A stretch of DNA of 64,000 nucleotides, from the NCBI GenBank assembly GCA_039028615.1, contig JBCCHT010000020.1, positions 1 through 64,000 of the forward strand, written 5' to 3'. Position numbers and translations under genes: made by a program. This stretch comes from Myxococcota bacterium. GTDB lineage: Bacteria > Myxococcota_A > Polyangia > Nannocystales > Nannocystaceae. This document shows, one piece after another, positions 22,065 through 31,751 of the stretch. The first letter of the stretch is position 1; each line of letters starts with the position of its first letter. Below the pieces are notes generated by a model. The model ran no database searches. It saw only the letters and a list, made by a program, of their open reading frames with translations, and had not been told where the DNA came from.

Positions 22065-24113
22065 TTACTCGGGCTCGGCGTGCCCGACGTGCACTTCGAC
22101 CGAGCGCCCGTGTCCGCCTCCGAGCTTCTCCCAGCGGGTGCGACGCTCGGAGTCGCCCAGCCGTAGGTTCTCGAGCGCGGCATCGTCGAGCGTGGCGGTG
22201 GCGCGCACGTGCACCGTCTTGCCCTCGCGACTCACATCGATCTTCGACAGCGCGGGGAGGTCGGGCACGGTGGAGACGATGGTGGCGTAGCTGTCGGCCA
22301 GCTTCTCGCCCTTGATGGCCGCCGCTTCGTCGGCAAAGGTCGCCGCCGCATCGACGCCCAGCTCGTCCCACAGCTCGACGCCGCCGTGCACCGAGATCAT
22401 GTCCAGCGGCAGCACCCCGGCCGGAGGCCGACCGTAGCCCCACACGGGCGAGCGCAGATCCAGGGTGGAGATGACCTGATCGCGGAACTCGGTGGAGGTG
22501 GCCACGCCCTGGAGCTTGGCCGCGAGCTCTCCGGTGGTGATCTCGGGGCGGAAGCTCAGCACCATGGTCTGGGCGTCGTAGGCAATGCTGAGCACGGAGA
22601 ACTCCTCATCGCCGTGCTCGTCCTCCAGCTCCACGCGATGGAAGACGGCATCGGTATCCGCCGCGCCCTCGAGGGTAGAGGTCTCGACCTTCTTCGGCCC
22701 CGCCGCGTCGAGGCAGGGCTTCAGCGCCTCGGCCGACCAGTTGCCGTGCAGCACCAGCTCGCGCACCGTCTCGGCGGAGAACGCCGCCACGAGCTTGTAC
22801 GAGTGCTCCACCATGCTCTGCACACAGGGCTCGAGGTCGTCGTTCTGATCGGCGAGCACCGTCTCGCTGATGCGGCTGACCAGCGGCGCCTGCCGTAGCT
22901 CGGCCCAGTCCACGCCGACGACCCCGACCACCTCGGGATCGAGGGCCGCGAGCTCGCGCGCGGGCCAACGATTGAGCCGCGCGGCATCCGTGGCGCCCGT
23001 ACCCGCCTCGGCGGCGTCGGGCTCGGGCTCGGGCTCGTCGGGCGCAGTGGGCTCGGCCTCGGCGACGGTGGCCGGCGTGCTGGGCTCGGTGGCGGTCTCG
23101 GGCTCGTCGGGGGACCCCGACAACAGAAACACCATGGGTACGGCCACCGCCATCGCGACGGCGAGACCCAACCACCACCAGGATCGGGAGGGCGTTTCGA
23201 TCCCGATGGTGGTCGGGTCGGACATCGAGGACAGCGCGGCTTGCAGGTCGCTGACGGCCGAGAAGCGACGCTCGCGATCGGACTCGAGCGCCCGCATGAC
23301 GATCTCGTCGAGCGCGGCGTTGCCTCGACCCATCTCGGAGGGCGCGGGGAACCGCCCTACCGGGAGCTGGCCGGTCAGCATCTCGTAGCTGACGACACCG
23401 AGGGCAAAGATGTCGCAGCGCGAGTCGACGCCGGCCGGGTCCCGCATCTGCTCGGGGGCCATGTAGTGCAGCGTGCCCATGACGCGCCGCGTTCGGGTGC
23501 GCTCGGTAGGGTTTTCTTGCTGGAGCTTGGCGAGCCCGAAATCGGCCACCCGCACCCGGCCGCGCCGGTCGAGCAGGACGTTCTCTGGCTTGATGTCGCG
23601 ATGCACCACGCCTTCGTCGTGGGCGTAGGCCAGCGCATCGCACAGCTGCCGCAGCACCTCGATGGCCTGCTCGTCCTCCATGCCCACGTCGATGAGCTCG
23701 CGCAGGTTGGGGCCGTCGACCAGCTCCATCACCAGGTAGTACACGCCCGCCGCAAATCCGAAGTCGTGCACCCCGACGATGCCGGGGTGGTCGAGCCGGG
23801 CGAGCGCCTTGGCTTCGCGTTCGAATCGCTCGGCAAACTCGGGGTCGGCGCTGAGCGTGGGGTTCATCAGCTTGACCGCCACGTCGCGATCGAGCCGGAC
23901 CTGGCGGGCCCGCATCACGATGCCCATGCCGCCGCGCCCCAGGCACCCGTACAGCTCGAGCTCGGGACAGGCGCACAAGAAGGCGCCGAGGTCGAACTCG
24001 GTCTCGAGGTCTCCGGCCTCCTCCCCGCCGCCGAGACCCAGGGAGAGGAGGTCGGCGGGGGTGGGGTTCGTCGCGGAGACGAAGGAGTGCGTGCTCGGCT
24101 GTGGCATGGGCAT
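22065..24113 (-). CDS. membrane Ser/Thr protein kinase with extracytoplasmic C-terminal domain
   Basis: LGRGGMGIV, VAVK, HRDIKPEN, DFGLAK, GTLHYMAPE; TM WWWLGLAVAMAVAVPMVFLL; start uncertain. Confidence 0.92.
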   Translation of the reverse strand: MPMPQPSTHSFVSATNPTPADLLSLGLGGGEEAGDLETEFDLGAFLCACPELELYGCLGRGGMGIVMRARQVRLDRDVAVKLMNPTLSADPEFAERFEREAKALARLDHPGIVGVHDFGFAAGVYYLVMELVDGPNLRELIDVGMEDEQAIEVLRQLCDALAYAHDEGVVHRDIKPENVLLDRRGRVRVADFGLAKLQQENPTERTRTRRVMGTLHYMAPEQMRDPAGVDSRCDIFALGVVSYEMLTGQLPVGRFPAPSEMGRGNAALDEIVMRALESDRERRFSAVSDLQAALSSMSDPTTIGIETPSRSWWWLGLAVAMAVAVPMVFLLSGSPDEPETATEPSTPATVAEAEPTAPDEPEPEPDAAEAGTGATDAARLNRWPARELAALDPEVVGVVGVDWAELRQAPLVSRISETVLADQNDDLEPCVQSMVEHSYKLVAAFSAETVRELVLHGNWSAEALKPCLDAAGPKKVETSTLEGAADTDAVFHRVELEDEHGDEEFSVLSIAYDAQTMVLSFRPEITTGELAAKLQGVATSTEFRDQVISTLDLRSPVWGYGRPPAGVLPLDMISVHGGVELWDELGVDAAATFADEAAAIKGEKLADSYATIVSTVPDLPALSKIDVSREGKTVHVRATATLDDAALENLRLGDSERRTRWEKLGGGHGRSVEVHVGHAEPE

Positions 24114-24125
24114 GGAGCGGGTGGA

Positions 24126-25025
24126 TCAGTCACCCGAGCCGATGTGGATCTCGAAGCCTTGCTTCTCGTCGCCGTCGGGCGCGTCACCGACCTGGAACTG
24201 CACGCTGCTGCCCTTACGGGCGTGGGGGTGACCGTGGTGCCCACGACGCTTCTCGCTCATGGCCTTGAACGCTTCCATCTGCTTGGGCGTGGCGTGGACC
24301 TCGGCGGTAATCGTATCGCCATCGGAGTCGAGGTCGACGACCGAGGCCAGCTCGCCCATCTCACCCGAGGCCCGCAGCGCGACCAGGCCGAGCGTCGCCT
24401 GCCCGTAAAGCTCGGCCGCCTTGGCGGGGTCCTTGAACTGGGCTTCCACGTGGGCGTCGAGGCCCTTGTCGAAGTTGGCCCACGCCTCGACGTGGGACAC
24501 GGGGCTGTCCTTCTCGTCGATGGTCGCGGTGAACCATGCGGGTTTCCCGCTGACGGGGGCCGAGCCCTCGAGCTGACGGAGGCGGGCCGTGCTGGGGGTC
24601 AGGTTGCCGCCGAACACCGCAAACACGCCGTCGGCGACGAGCGTGGCCTCGGGGGTCGGGTGGTCGTCGTGGTCACCCTTGGCGGTCTCCTCGGCCACCT
24701 TGGCGTCGATGAACTCGCTGCACGCGTTGGCGGTGTTCGCGGCAATCGGGCCCTTGATGTAGGCCTCGAAGGTGTCCTCACCGACGCCGAAGGTGACGGA
24801 CTCGGCCTGGCGCAAGACGTCGCCACAGGCCCCCAGCTCGCCCTTGTCGTCGAGTTTGGCGTCGAGCATCGCCTTCTCCATCCACGGCGCCTTTTTCACC
24901 TCGGCCAGGTCGACGTGGCCGATGGCGCGGTAGTCCACGTCGGTGGGGGTCTCGGCATCGCACGCGGACAGGGGCGCGGCGAGGACGAGCAGCGAGAGGG
25001 TGAGGGCGTGGCGCTTCGTGGTCAT
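24126..25025 (-). CDS. lipoprotein resembling the extracytoplasmic domain of the downstream kinase
   Basis: Lipobox LSAC; similar segments to the kinase C-terminal domain (see findings). Confidence 0.82.
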   Translation of the reverse strand: MTTKRHALTLSLLVLAAPLSACDAETPTDVDYRAIGHVDLAEVKKAPWMEKAMLDAKLDDKGELGACGDVLRQAESVTFGVGEDTFEAYIKGPIAANTANACSEFIDAKVAEETAKGDHDDHPTPEATLVADGVFAVFGGNLTPSTARLRQLEGSAPVSGKPAWFTATIDEKDSPVSHVEAWANFDKGLDAHVEAQFKDPAKAAELYGQATLGLVALRASGEMGELASVVDLDSDGDTITAEVHATPKQMEAFKAMSEKRRGHHGHPHARKGSSVQFQVGDAPDGDEKQGFEIHIGSGD

Positions 25026-25078
25026 GGGGGGTCCTGGGGACTCCGCGGCCGTTCGTTACAGGCCCCTCGAAAAAAAGA

Positions 25079-25789
25079 TCAGGTGCGCACCGCATCGATG
25101 ACCGCGCGCAGCTCGTCGTCGATCTCGGCCGCCGAGGACACCGTTTCGGCCACCTCGTCGCGCAGGGCGGCCCGAAATCGAGTCCGCAGGCGATGCACGG
25201 CCACGCGGGCGTTGGCCTCGGTCATCGACAGCTGCTCGGCGACCTCGCGATAGCGCGGGGCATCGGCCGCGAGCAAGAACGGGGAGAGCACCTCGAAGCG
25301 GGCCTGCTGCCCTTCTTTTTCGTAGCGCTCCTGGAGCCGACGACGGGCTCGCCCCAGGATCTCCATCGCCCACGCGTAGGCATAGGCCTGCTCCGGGGTG
25401 CGGTCGTCGGGGATCTCGAGGGTGCGCTCGGCGTCGTCGTGGTCGATGCTGAGCGAGACCGGGGCCTGGCCGCCGCCGCGCTTGAGCGCGTGGGCCCGGG
25501 TGCGCTCGGTCGACACGTAGTGACGCAAGGCCGCGAGCAGATACGACCGAAAGCGCCCTCGATCGCGATCGATGCCCGCGATGCCGCTGCCCGTGAGCAG
25601 CGACGACAAGAAGCCCTGCACCGTGTCTTCGGCGTCCTCGGGGCTCAGGCCGTCACGACGCAGGAACGCATACAGCGGCCGCCAGTAGGCATCACACAGC
25701 TCGTGCAGCGCCCGGGTCCGCGGTGAGGTCGGGCTCTTCGCCGCACCGAGCACGATGCTCCAGCGCGTGGTGGGAAAGTGGCCGCCCAT
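25079..25789 (-). CDS. ECF sigma-70 factor of the kinase-associated type
   Basis: FPTTRWSIV N-terminus, YWRPLYAFLRR, DAEDTVQGF, GRFRSYL, YREVAEQLSMTEANARVAVHRLR. Confidence 0.9.
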   Translation of the reverse strand: MGGHFPTTRWSIVLGAAKSPTSPRTRALHELCDAYWRPLYAFLRRDGLSPEDAEDTVQGFLSSLLTGSGIAGIDRDRGRFRSYLLAALRHYVSTERTRAHALKRGGGQAPVSLSIDHDDAERTLEIPDDRTPEQAYAYAWAMEILGRARRRLQERYEKEGQQARFEVLSPFLLAADAPRYREVAEQLSMTEANARVAVHRLRTRFRAALRDEVAETVSSAAEIDDELRAVIDAVRT

Positions 25790-25882
25790 GCGTCGAGGAC
25801 AAGGGTGACATGGAACCCCCCGCGGAGATTCCAAGGACGCGCCTGGCCCCGCTACGCCCCCGCTGACGGGGGATCGGACGAC

Positions 25883-26923
25883 TCAGTTCGCGGCTCGACG
25901 CCGTCGCAGAAACACCAGGAGGCCGAGCAGGGTCCAAGTCGCTTCGCCGCCTTTGTCGAAGCGACACGCGACGCAGCCCGAGCCCGTGCCCATCACCCCC
26001 GAGGCCGTCGTCCCGCTGCCGCTGCCCTCTCCCGAGCCGTTGCTCCCCCCGGTCGAGTCACCGTCGTCGCCCGGCGGGTTCGTGCCCTCGTCGTCGCCCG
26101 CCGCCGTGTCTCCGCCCATGCCTCCGCCGGTATCGGGGTCGCCGTCGTCTCCTCCGGACTCGTCATCGCCCGGCTCGGGGTCTACCTCGGCGCGCACGTC
26201 CTCGCGTGTGTCGCCCTCTACCGCATCGTCGATGAAGATCACGGGCACGTCGCCGAACTCGACCGCGGGCCGCAGCAAGCCGAGCTGAACGAAGTGTGGG
26301 TTGTCGTCGGCCAGGGTCTGCGCTCCCGCTCCTTCGACCACCGCGTTGCCATCGAACCACACGTCCACCGAGCCCTGGCTGGCGTCGGTGGACCAGGTCA
26401 CGCCCATCGCGATGCGGTGCCACTGCCCCGGGGTCACCACCCCCTCCATGCGCCACTGCTCGAGGTTGCTCGGCTGCCGGGTGTAAAACGCGATGTCCTG
26501 GCCCTGCACCTCGAAGGCCATGATCTGCTGGTAGCTCTGGTCGGACTCCCAGTAGCCGATCTGCTGCGTGGAGTCGTCGGGCAGGGCCTCGGGGAGATAG
26601 AAGCTCCAGGCGAACCACAGGGTCGAGCCCTCCGCGGTCCGGGCCGCTCCGGGGCCGTGCTGCAGCTCGACGCGCTTGAGTCCGTTGGGCCAGACCGCGT
26701 CGTTGTGCAGCTCGATGCGCCCCGCGTAGCTGCCTTCGAGCACCGTCTCTTGTTGGGCGAAGGCGTAGGTCGAGCCCTCGATCTGCTCGTTGAGCACGTA
26801 GCTCCACTCGGACAGATCACCGCCCTCGAAGGTCCCTTCCCACACCACGTCGGCATTCGCCACCGAGGAAGTCAGGCCCAGCAGGGCGCCGCAATATAGA
26901 GCTACGATGGCGTTCCGACCCAC
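25883..26923 (-). CDS. polysaccharide-lyase-like (jelly-roll) secreted protein with MYXO-CTERM-like tail
   Basis: VVWEGTFEGGDLSEW, KRVEL, WFAWSFYLP, GQWHRI..WS..GSVDVWFDG, QLGLLR; C-terminus GC..TWTLLGLLVFLRRRR; GTG start at 26923 is inferred. Confidence 0.75.
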   Translation of the reverse strand: MGRNAIVALYCGALLGLTSSVANADVVWEGTFEGGDLSEWSYVLNEQIEGSTYAFAQQETVLEGSYAGRIELHNDAVWPNGLKRVELQHGPGAARTAEGSTLWFAWSFYLPEALPDDSTQQIGYWESDQSYQQIMAFEVQGQDIAFYTRQPSNLEQWRMEGVVTPGQWHRIAMGVTWSTDASQGSVDVWFDGNAVVEGAGAQTLADDNPHFVQLGLLRPAVEFGDVPVIFIDDAVEGDTREDVRAEVDPEPGDDESGGDDGDPDTGGGMGGDTAAGDDEGTNPPGDDGDSTGGSNGSGEGSGSGTTASGVMGTGSGCVACRFDKGGEATWTLLGLLVFLRRRRAAN

Positions 26924-27043
26924 GCCGTCACGACACCGCGAGCGCCCTCGTGCTGTCAATCGAGATTCGCGTAGGCTCGACCACGCTCGGAAGGAGCGGC
27001 ATGAAACGATCCGCTGCACGCACTCACGGAGTCCACCGTCACC

Positions 27044-28459
27044 ATGCGTAGGAAGTTGCTCTGGGGAACCTTCGCGGTGCTGGTCGCGGTGGGCTTGGCG
27101 GTACTCATGCTGCCGCGCTGGCTCAGCGGTGATCTCTCCCGCGAACGCCTCGAGGCCATCCTCAGTGAAGCCCTCGACCGCACGGTCACCATCGAGTCGG
27201 TCGAGCTCGCCGAGGATGCGCCCGTGGTGGAGCTTCGTGGGGTTCGCGTCGCCCAGCCCGACGGGCTCGAGGATCCCGAGCAACGCCCCTTGCTGCACGC
27301 CGCCCGGGTTCGCCTCGAGGCCAGCGTCGAGGACCTATTGGAGGGGCACGTCATCGGCCTGGCTTCGGTCGAAGACGTCACGGTGGTCGTGCTCGAGCGC
27401 GGTGGCGAGACGAGCGTGCATGGGCTGGGTCGTCGCCGCAAACCGGCAGGGGAAACGAAGCCCAAGCGATCCGACCGTACGCTCGACCTCGAGCTCGAGC
27501 TGCAGTCCGCCTCGGTTCACTATGTCGACCTCGACCGAGAGGAAGCCGTCGCGCTCGACGAGATCGACCTGCGAGCCCACCTCGGTCAACGCAGCGGGAA
27601 CGAGGGCGTCGAGCGTGATGCCCTCGCCACCCTCAACGCCGCCTCGCTGACCCTGCACGACATCGAGTTCACCCAGCTGATGGCGCAGGTCCGCCTGCGA
27701 GACCGCGCCCTCGAGGTCGTGAGGGTCCAGGCCACCGTGGGTGAGGGCACGCTGTCCGGGCATGCCAAGCTCTTGCCCCCCGAGGACGGCAAGAGTCGCG
27801 ACTGGTCCGTGTCCCTGGACCTCGCGGATACCAACCTCGACGGCCCGCTGCGCGACATCGCGGCTCTCACCGCGCCGTGGATCGTGCGCGCCACTGGGGC
27901 CGACGGGGCCGCCACCACGGGCAAGCTCTCCGCCCACATTGAGGCCGAAGGGCACGGGCTGCGCTTGCGCTCGATCCTCCCGAGCCTGCGAGGCAGCGCA
28001 TCCCTGCGGCTGCGTGACGTGGTCGTACCTCCCGGGACCATGCTCGCCGACTTGGCCACGATGGTCGGTCGCGCCGAAGGACGGTGGGAGGTCGGGAACG
28101 TCGAAGTCGAGCTCGACGTCGCCGACAGCTGGATCTCCCCCCAGACGATCAAGCTCGGCGAGCTCGAGCCCAAGATCAAAGGCCGCATCTCCATCGAAGG
28201 AAAGCTCGACCTGAACGTCGACCTCTTCCCGCTGGTCGGCCTGTTCGGCGGCGGCGTCTACGAGACGGTCGCTCGCACCACGACGCGGCTCCCCGTTCGC
28301 ATCACCGGGACCGTGCACGAGCCACGCCTCGCGCCGCCGCGAATTCGGGACGTCGCCGCCGGGTTGCTGGGCGGTGCCGTGCGGCGGGCCTTGTCGTCGA
28401 AGTCCGAGGACCCCAAGGCGCCAGTCGAGCCGACACCCGAGCAAGCGCCCGCGCCCTGA
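27044..28459 (+). CDS. AsmA-like family protein
   Basis: N-terminal TM, LSEALDRTVTIESV, beta-rich repeats, C-terminal LPVRITGTVHEPRL. Confidence 0.72.
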   Translation: MRRKLLWGTFAVLVAVGLAVLMLPRWLSGDLSRERLEAILSEALDRTVTIESVELAEDAPVVELRGVRVAQPDGLEDPEQRPLLHAARVRLEASVEDLLEGHVIGLASVEDVTVVVLERGGETSVHGLGRRRKPAGETKPKRSDRTLDLELELQSASVHYVDLDREEAVALDEIDLRAHLGQRSGNEGVERDALATLNAASLTLHDIEFTQLMAQVRLRDRALEVVRVQATVGEGTLSGHAKLLPPEDGKSRDWSVSLDLADTNLDGPLRDIAALTAPWIVRATGADGAATTGKLSAHIEAEGHGLRLRSILPSLRGSASLRLRDVVVPPGTMLADLATMVGRAEGRWEVGNVEVELDVADSWISPQTIKLGELEPKIKGRISIEGKLDLNVDLFPLVGLFGGGVYETVARTTTRLPVRITGTVHEPRLAPPRIRDVAAGLLGGAVRRALSSKSEDPKAPVEPTPEQAPAP

Positions 28460-28682
28460 CCTCATGGTTCGGTCCGCCGCAATCGGTCGAATGACCGCAC
28501 CCTCGCTCGGTCCCAAACTGAAACGAGGCATGGCTCCGCCGCGGGGTGCTTGAACGTTTCGGTCACCGAAAGACACCGACCGTGCCAATCGACCTCGCGG
28601 CGACACGCAAAGAGGACGACCACACTCCTTTTTGGGTTCGATTGGCCTTCGGGGCCCTCGTACGGTGCAGTACGCTCGAACC

Positions 28683-29975
28683 GTGATCCTGTTGATTCCC
28701 ACGGGTCACTCGGAGTCGGCCGTACGCCGCATTCCGTGGGTGACCCTCGTCATCATGGCGATCTGCCTGTTGGTGCAGATCCAGGCTTTCGTCTCGCCCC
28801 CGCCGGACGACCCCTTCGATGCGCTCATGGATCGAGAGGCCCTCATCGAGGAGCTGCTCTACGACTACGAGATGGAAGAGGCGTCGCCCGAGGGCCAGGA
28901 GGCCTTCATCGTCGCCTTCCAGGAGGGCTTCGCGGGCGACCCCGACGACCCGCTGCGTGATGAGCTGGACGCGGCCGAGAAAGCCCTCGAGGAGGCGCAG
29001 AACCGGCCGACCTCGTTGCTCGACGGCTATCGCCCCGCCGACGGTGGCGGACTCCCCATGATCGTCAGCGCCTTCGTGCACGACGGGTGGTTCGGGCTCA
29101 TCGGCAACCTGCTGTTCCTGTATCTCGTGGGCAGCACCCTCGAGGAGCGCTGGACCAAGGGCGGCTTCGCGGTGCTGTACCTCATGGGCATCATCGTCTC
29201 CGCGGCCACCTATGGTCTGGTGAACCCCGGCACCACCGTCCCGTTGATCGGGGCCTCGGGGGCCGTCGCCGCCGCGATGGGTGCATTCGTCGTCGTGCTC
29301 GGCGGCGTCCAGGTGCGGTTCGTCTACATCGCCTGGGCGTTCATCTACGTACGCACGGGCAACTTCTCGACGCGGGCCTATGTCGCGCTCGGGGTCTGGC
29401 TGGTCATGCACATCTTCATCGCGTGGCTCGAGGGGGCGGTGGGGCCCTCGGGCACCATCTCGCACTCGGCACAGCTCGGCGGGTTCGCGTTCGGGCTGGC
29501 GGTGGGCGGCATCATGCGGTTCACCGAGTGGGACGCCAAGCTGCATGCACTGGCCAACGCCAAGACCTTCGACATCTTCGAGCACGTGCCCAACGCCGCC
29601 ATGTCGCCCGAGCTGGTGGAGCAGGTCGAGCGGTACATCCACGAGGCCTCGCGTGAAGGGAAGTCGGCCGAGATCCTCGACCTGTACGACCTGGTGAACA
29701 AGCGCGGCGACATTCCGTTGGGCGACCGCTCGTTGCTCATGGTCGGGCAAGCGGCGGGCGACCTCGGTGAGGCCACCTTGGCCGTCTCGGTCACGCACGC
29801 GTTGATGACTCGGTTCCCGAAGAGCCCGTGTATCCCCCGGGCGATGTGGGACACGGCGAAGGTGCAGCGGAGCGCGGGGCGACCCGATCTCGCCGAGAAG
29901 ACCCTGCGCAACTTGGTGCGGCACTATCCGCACGATCCCTTCGCCCAGTCGGCGCGCGAAGAGCTGACGGGATAG
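28683..29975 (+). CDS. rhomboid-family intramembrane protein with C-terminal TPR (catalytic His apparently replaced)
   Basis: IPWVTL, FVHDGWFGLIGN, IGASGAVAA (catalytic Ser), HSAQLGG in place of AHLGG; TPR-like tail. Confidence 0.85.
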   Translation: MILLIPTGHSESAVRRIPWVTLVIMAICLLVQIQAFVSPPPDDPFDALMDREALIEELLYDYEMEEASPEGQEAFIVAFQEGFAGDPDDPLRDELDAAEKALEEAQNRPTSLLDGYRPADGGGLPMIVSAFVHDGWFGLIGNLLFLYLVGSTLEERWTKGGFAVLYLMGIIVSAATYGLVNPGTTVPLIGASGAVAAAMGAFVVVLGGVQVRFVYIAWAFIYVRTGNFSTRAYVALGVWLVMHIFIAWLEGAVGPSGTISHSAQLGGFAFGLAVGGIMRFTEWDAKLHALANAKTFDIFEHVPNAAMSPELVEQVERYIHEASREGKSAEILDLYDLVNKRGDIPLGDRSLLMVGQAAGDLGEATLAVSVTHALMTRFPKSPCIPRAMWDTAKVQRSAGRPDLAEKTLRNLVRHYPHDPFAQSAREELTG

Positions 29976-30109
29976 CTCGTACCTGGTCGCAGGTCCGTAC
30001 ACACGATCGTTCACCGAGTCTGGCCCGCGCTGCCGCGTGGGTCGGTGCTCGTCGTTTGGTTTGGGGCCGATTGTGTGATCCGAGAGCCACCGCGGCGCTC
30101 TACCACCCC

Positions 30110-31702
30110 ATGATTAGTTGGAATCGATTGTGGATTGATGGCGTGCTCCTGGCCGCAGGGCTGCTCTGGGCACGACCCGGGGCGGCCCACCCGATGTACG
30201 AGGTATGGAACTCGACGCCGTACGACCTGGAGACCCGGGCTCCCCTCGGGCCTCCCCCGGCGGGTGGCAACGACTTGTTCTATCGCTGGGTGCCGTTGTG
30301 CGAAGACGGATCCGGCGATCACGAGTGGTCGGAGACCGGAGGCGCGAGCGGGCTGGCGCCCACCTGTGCCGACAGCGAGTACATTCGCTGCATCGACGGC
30401 ACGCGGCCGCTGTACTACCTCGACGCCGCACGCGATCCGGGCTCGGCGACGGCCTATGCCGACACCGACGACTGGGTGTTCTGGTTTCAAGGCGGGGGCT
30501 CGTGCTCGGACACCCCGGGAGGAAGCGCCGCCGACAACTGCTGGAGCACCTACGACACGGCGTCGGAGCGGGACGAGATGTCCTCGATGGGCAAGCACCG
30601 CGCGATGGATGTCGAAGGGATCCTCGATCCCGACGAGCCGACCAATCGCTTTCGCGAGTTCAATCGCGTCCAGATCCGCAAGTGCTCCTACGATCGGTTC
30701 ATGGGTCGCGCCGAGCTGCTCGACCAGCCGGGTATCGCCCCGGATCCCATCGACTTGTATTGGCACGGGCGTCGTCAGATCGAAGCCGTATTCGCCGACC
30801 TCGACCGGGGTGCCGACTTCACGCCCCCCAGCGGTACACGCACGCTGCCCTCGCTCAGTGACGCGGAGACCGTGCTGTTCGCGGGCCACTCCGGTGGTTC
30901 TGGTGGCGTCATCATGAACGGCGACTGGATGGCGGAGCAGGTCCAGGCCTTGAACCCCGCCGTGCGTGCGCGGCTGCTCATCGATGCCCGCTTCAAGCCC
31001 TCGCTCGAGAACGAGGCGCACTTCGACACCGCCTCCGGCTGGACCGACATCGACGGCAGCGGAGTCATCGACATCTGGGATCACATCCAGCCCTCCCCGA
31101 CCAGTCCGGGGGCGCTGCCCGACAACTCGCACTACCACCGCGGGGCCTGGCTGCCCGGAGCCACCCGCGAGCGTCAGCTCTCGCAGTGGGACGCCGACGT
31201 CGACGACTCCTGCGAAGCGGTCAATGGAGCCTGGGCCACCCGCTGCCTCGAGGAGTTCCACGTCATGGCGAACTACGTCGAGACCCCCTTCTTCTTGCGC
31301 CAGGCCCTCGTCGATCAGAGCCACGTCGACAGCTACGTCGCCCACGCCGACATGCAGAGCTTCGGGTACACCGAGCCCGAGTTCCGAGAGCGGGTGGTCT
31401 TTCAGCTCGCGAGCTTCGTCCAGGGACCACCCCCCTCACCCGTCGCGCCCGGCCCCTTCCGAAGCTGGCCTCTGGGCATCTTCGCCCCCGACGTCGCCAA
31501 ACATGCGGGCAACACCAACGAGGCCCAGTTCTTCCAGCTCGGGCTGTGCGAGCCCGGCTCGACCCCGACGTCCGTCCCCTGGACCTACCACGACGCGCTC
31601 GTCGAGTGGCTGATGCACGACACCGAGATCGTCGCGATCGAGGACCCGAGCTCACCGATGGGCGCGTACTACCGCCCCAGCGCTCTCGGTGGGCCCTGCT
31701 GA
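30110..31702 (+). CDS. pectin acetylesterase/Notum-family hydrolase, secreted
   Basis: Signal peptide; CIDGTRPLYY, WVFWFQGGGSC, KCSYDRFMG, LFAGHSGGSGG nucleophile motif. Confidence 0.8.
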   Translation: MISWNRLWIDGVLLAAGLLWARPGAAHPMYEVWNSTPYDLETRAPLGPPPAGGNDLFYRWVPLCEDGSGDHEWSETGGASGLAPTCADSEYIRCIDGTRPLYYLDAARDPGSATAYADTDDWVFWFQGGGSCSDTPGGSAADNCWSTYDTASERDEMSSMGKHRAMDVEGILDPDEPTNRFREFNRVQIRKCSYDRFMGRAELLDQPGIAPDPIDLYWHGRRQIEAVFADLDRGADFTPPSGTRTLPSLSDAETVLFAGHSGGSGGVIMNGDWMAEQVQALNPAVRARLLIDARFKPSLENEAHFDTASGWTDIDGSGVIDIWDHIQPSPTSPGALPDNSHYHRGAWLPGATRERQLSQWDADVDDSCEAVNGAWATRCLEEFHVMANYVETPFFLRQALVDQSHVDSYVAHADMQSFGYTEPEFRERVVFQLASFVQGPPPSPVAPGPFRSWPLGIFAPDVAKHAGNTNEAQFFQLGLCEPGSTPTSVPWTYHDALVEWLMHDTEIVAIEDPSSPMGAYYRPSALGGPC

Positions 31703-31751
31703 GCGTGTAGTGAAAAATCTGGGGCACCGCACGCCGCGGTGCCCCTTCGCG

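Noticed and set aside
28683..29975. Rhomboid as the sortase for the nearby MYXO-CTERM-like proteins
   Set aside because: Rhombosortases process GlyGly-CTERM, while MYXO-CTERM is linked to a different protease family; this rhomboid also lacks the catalytic His
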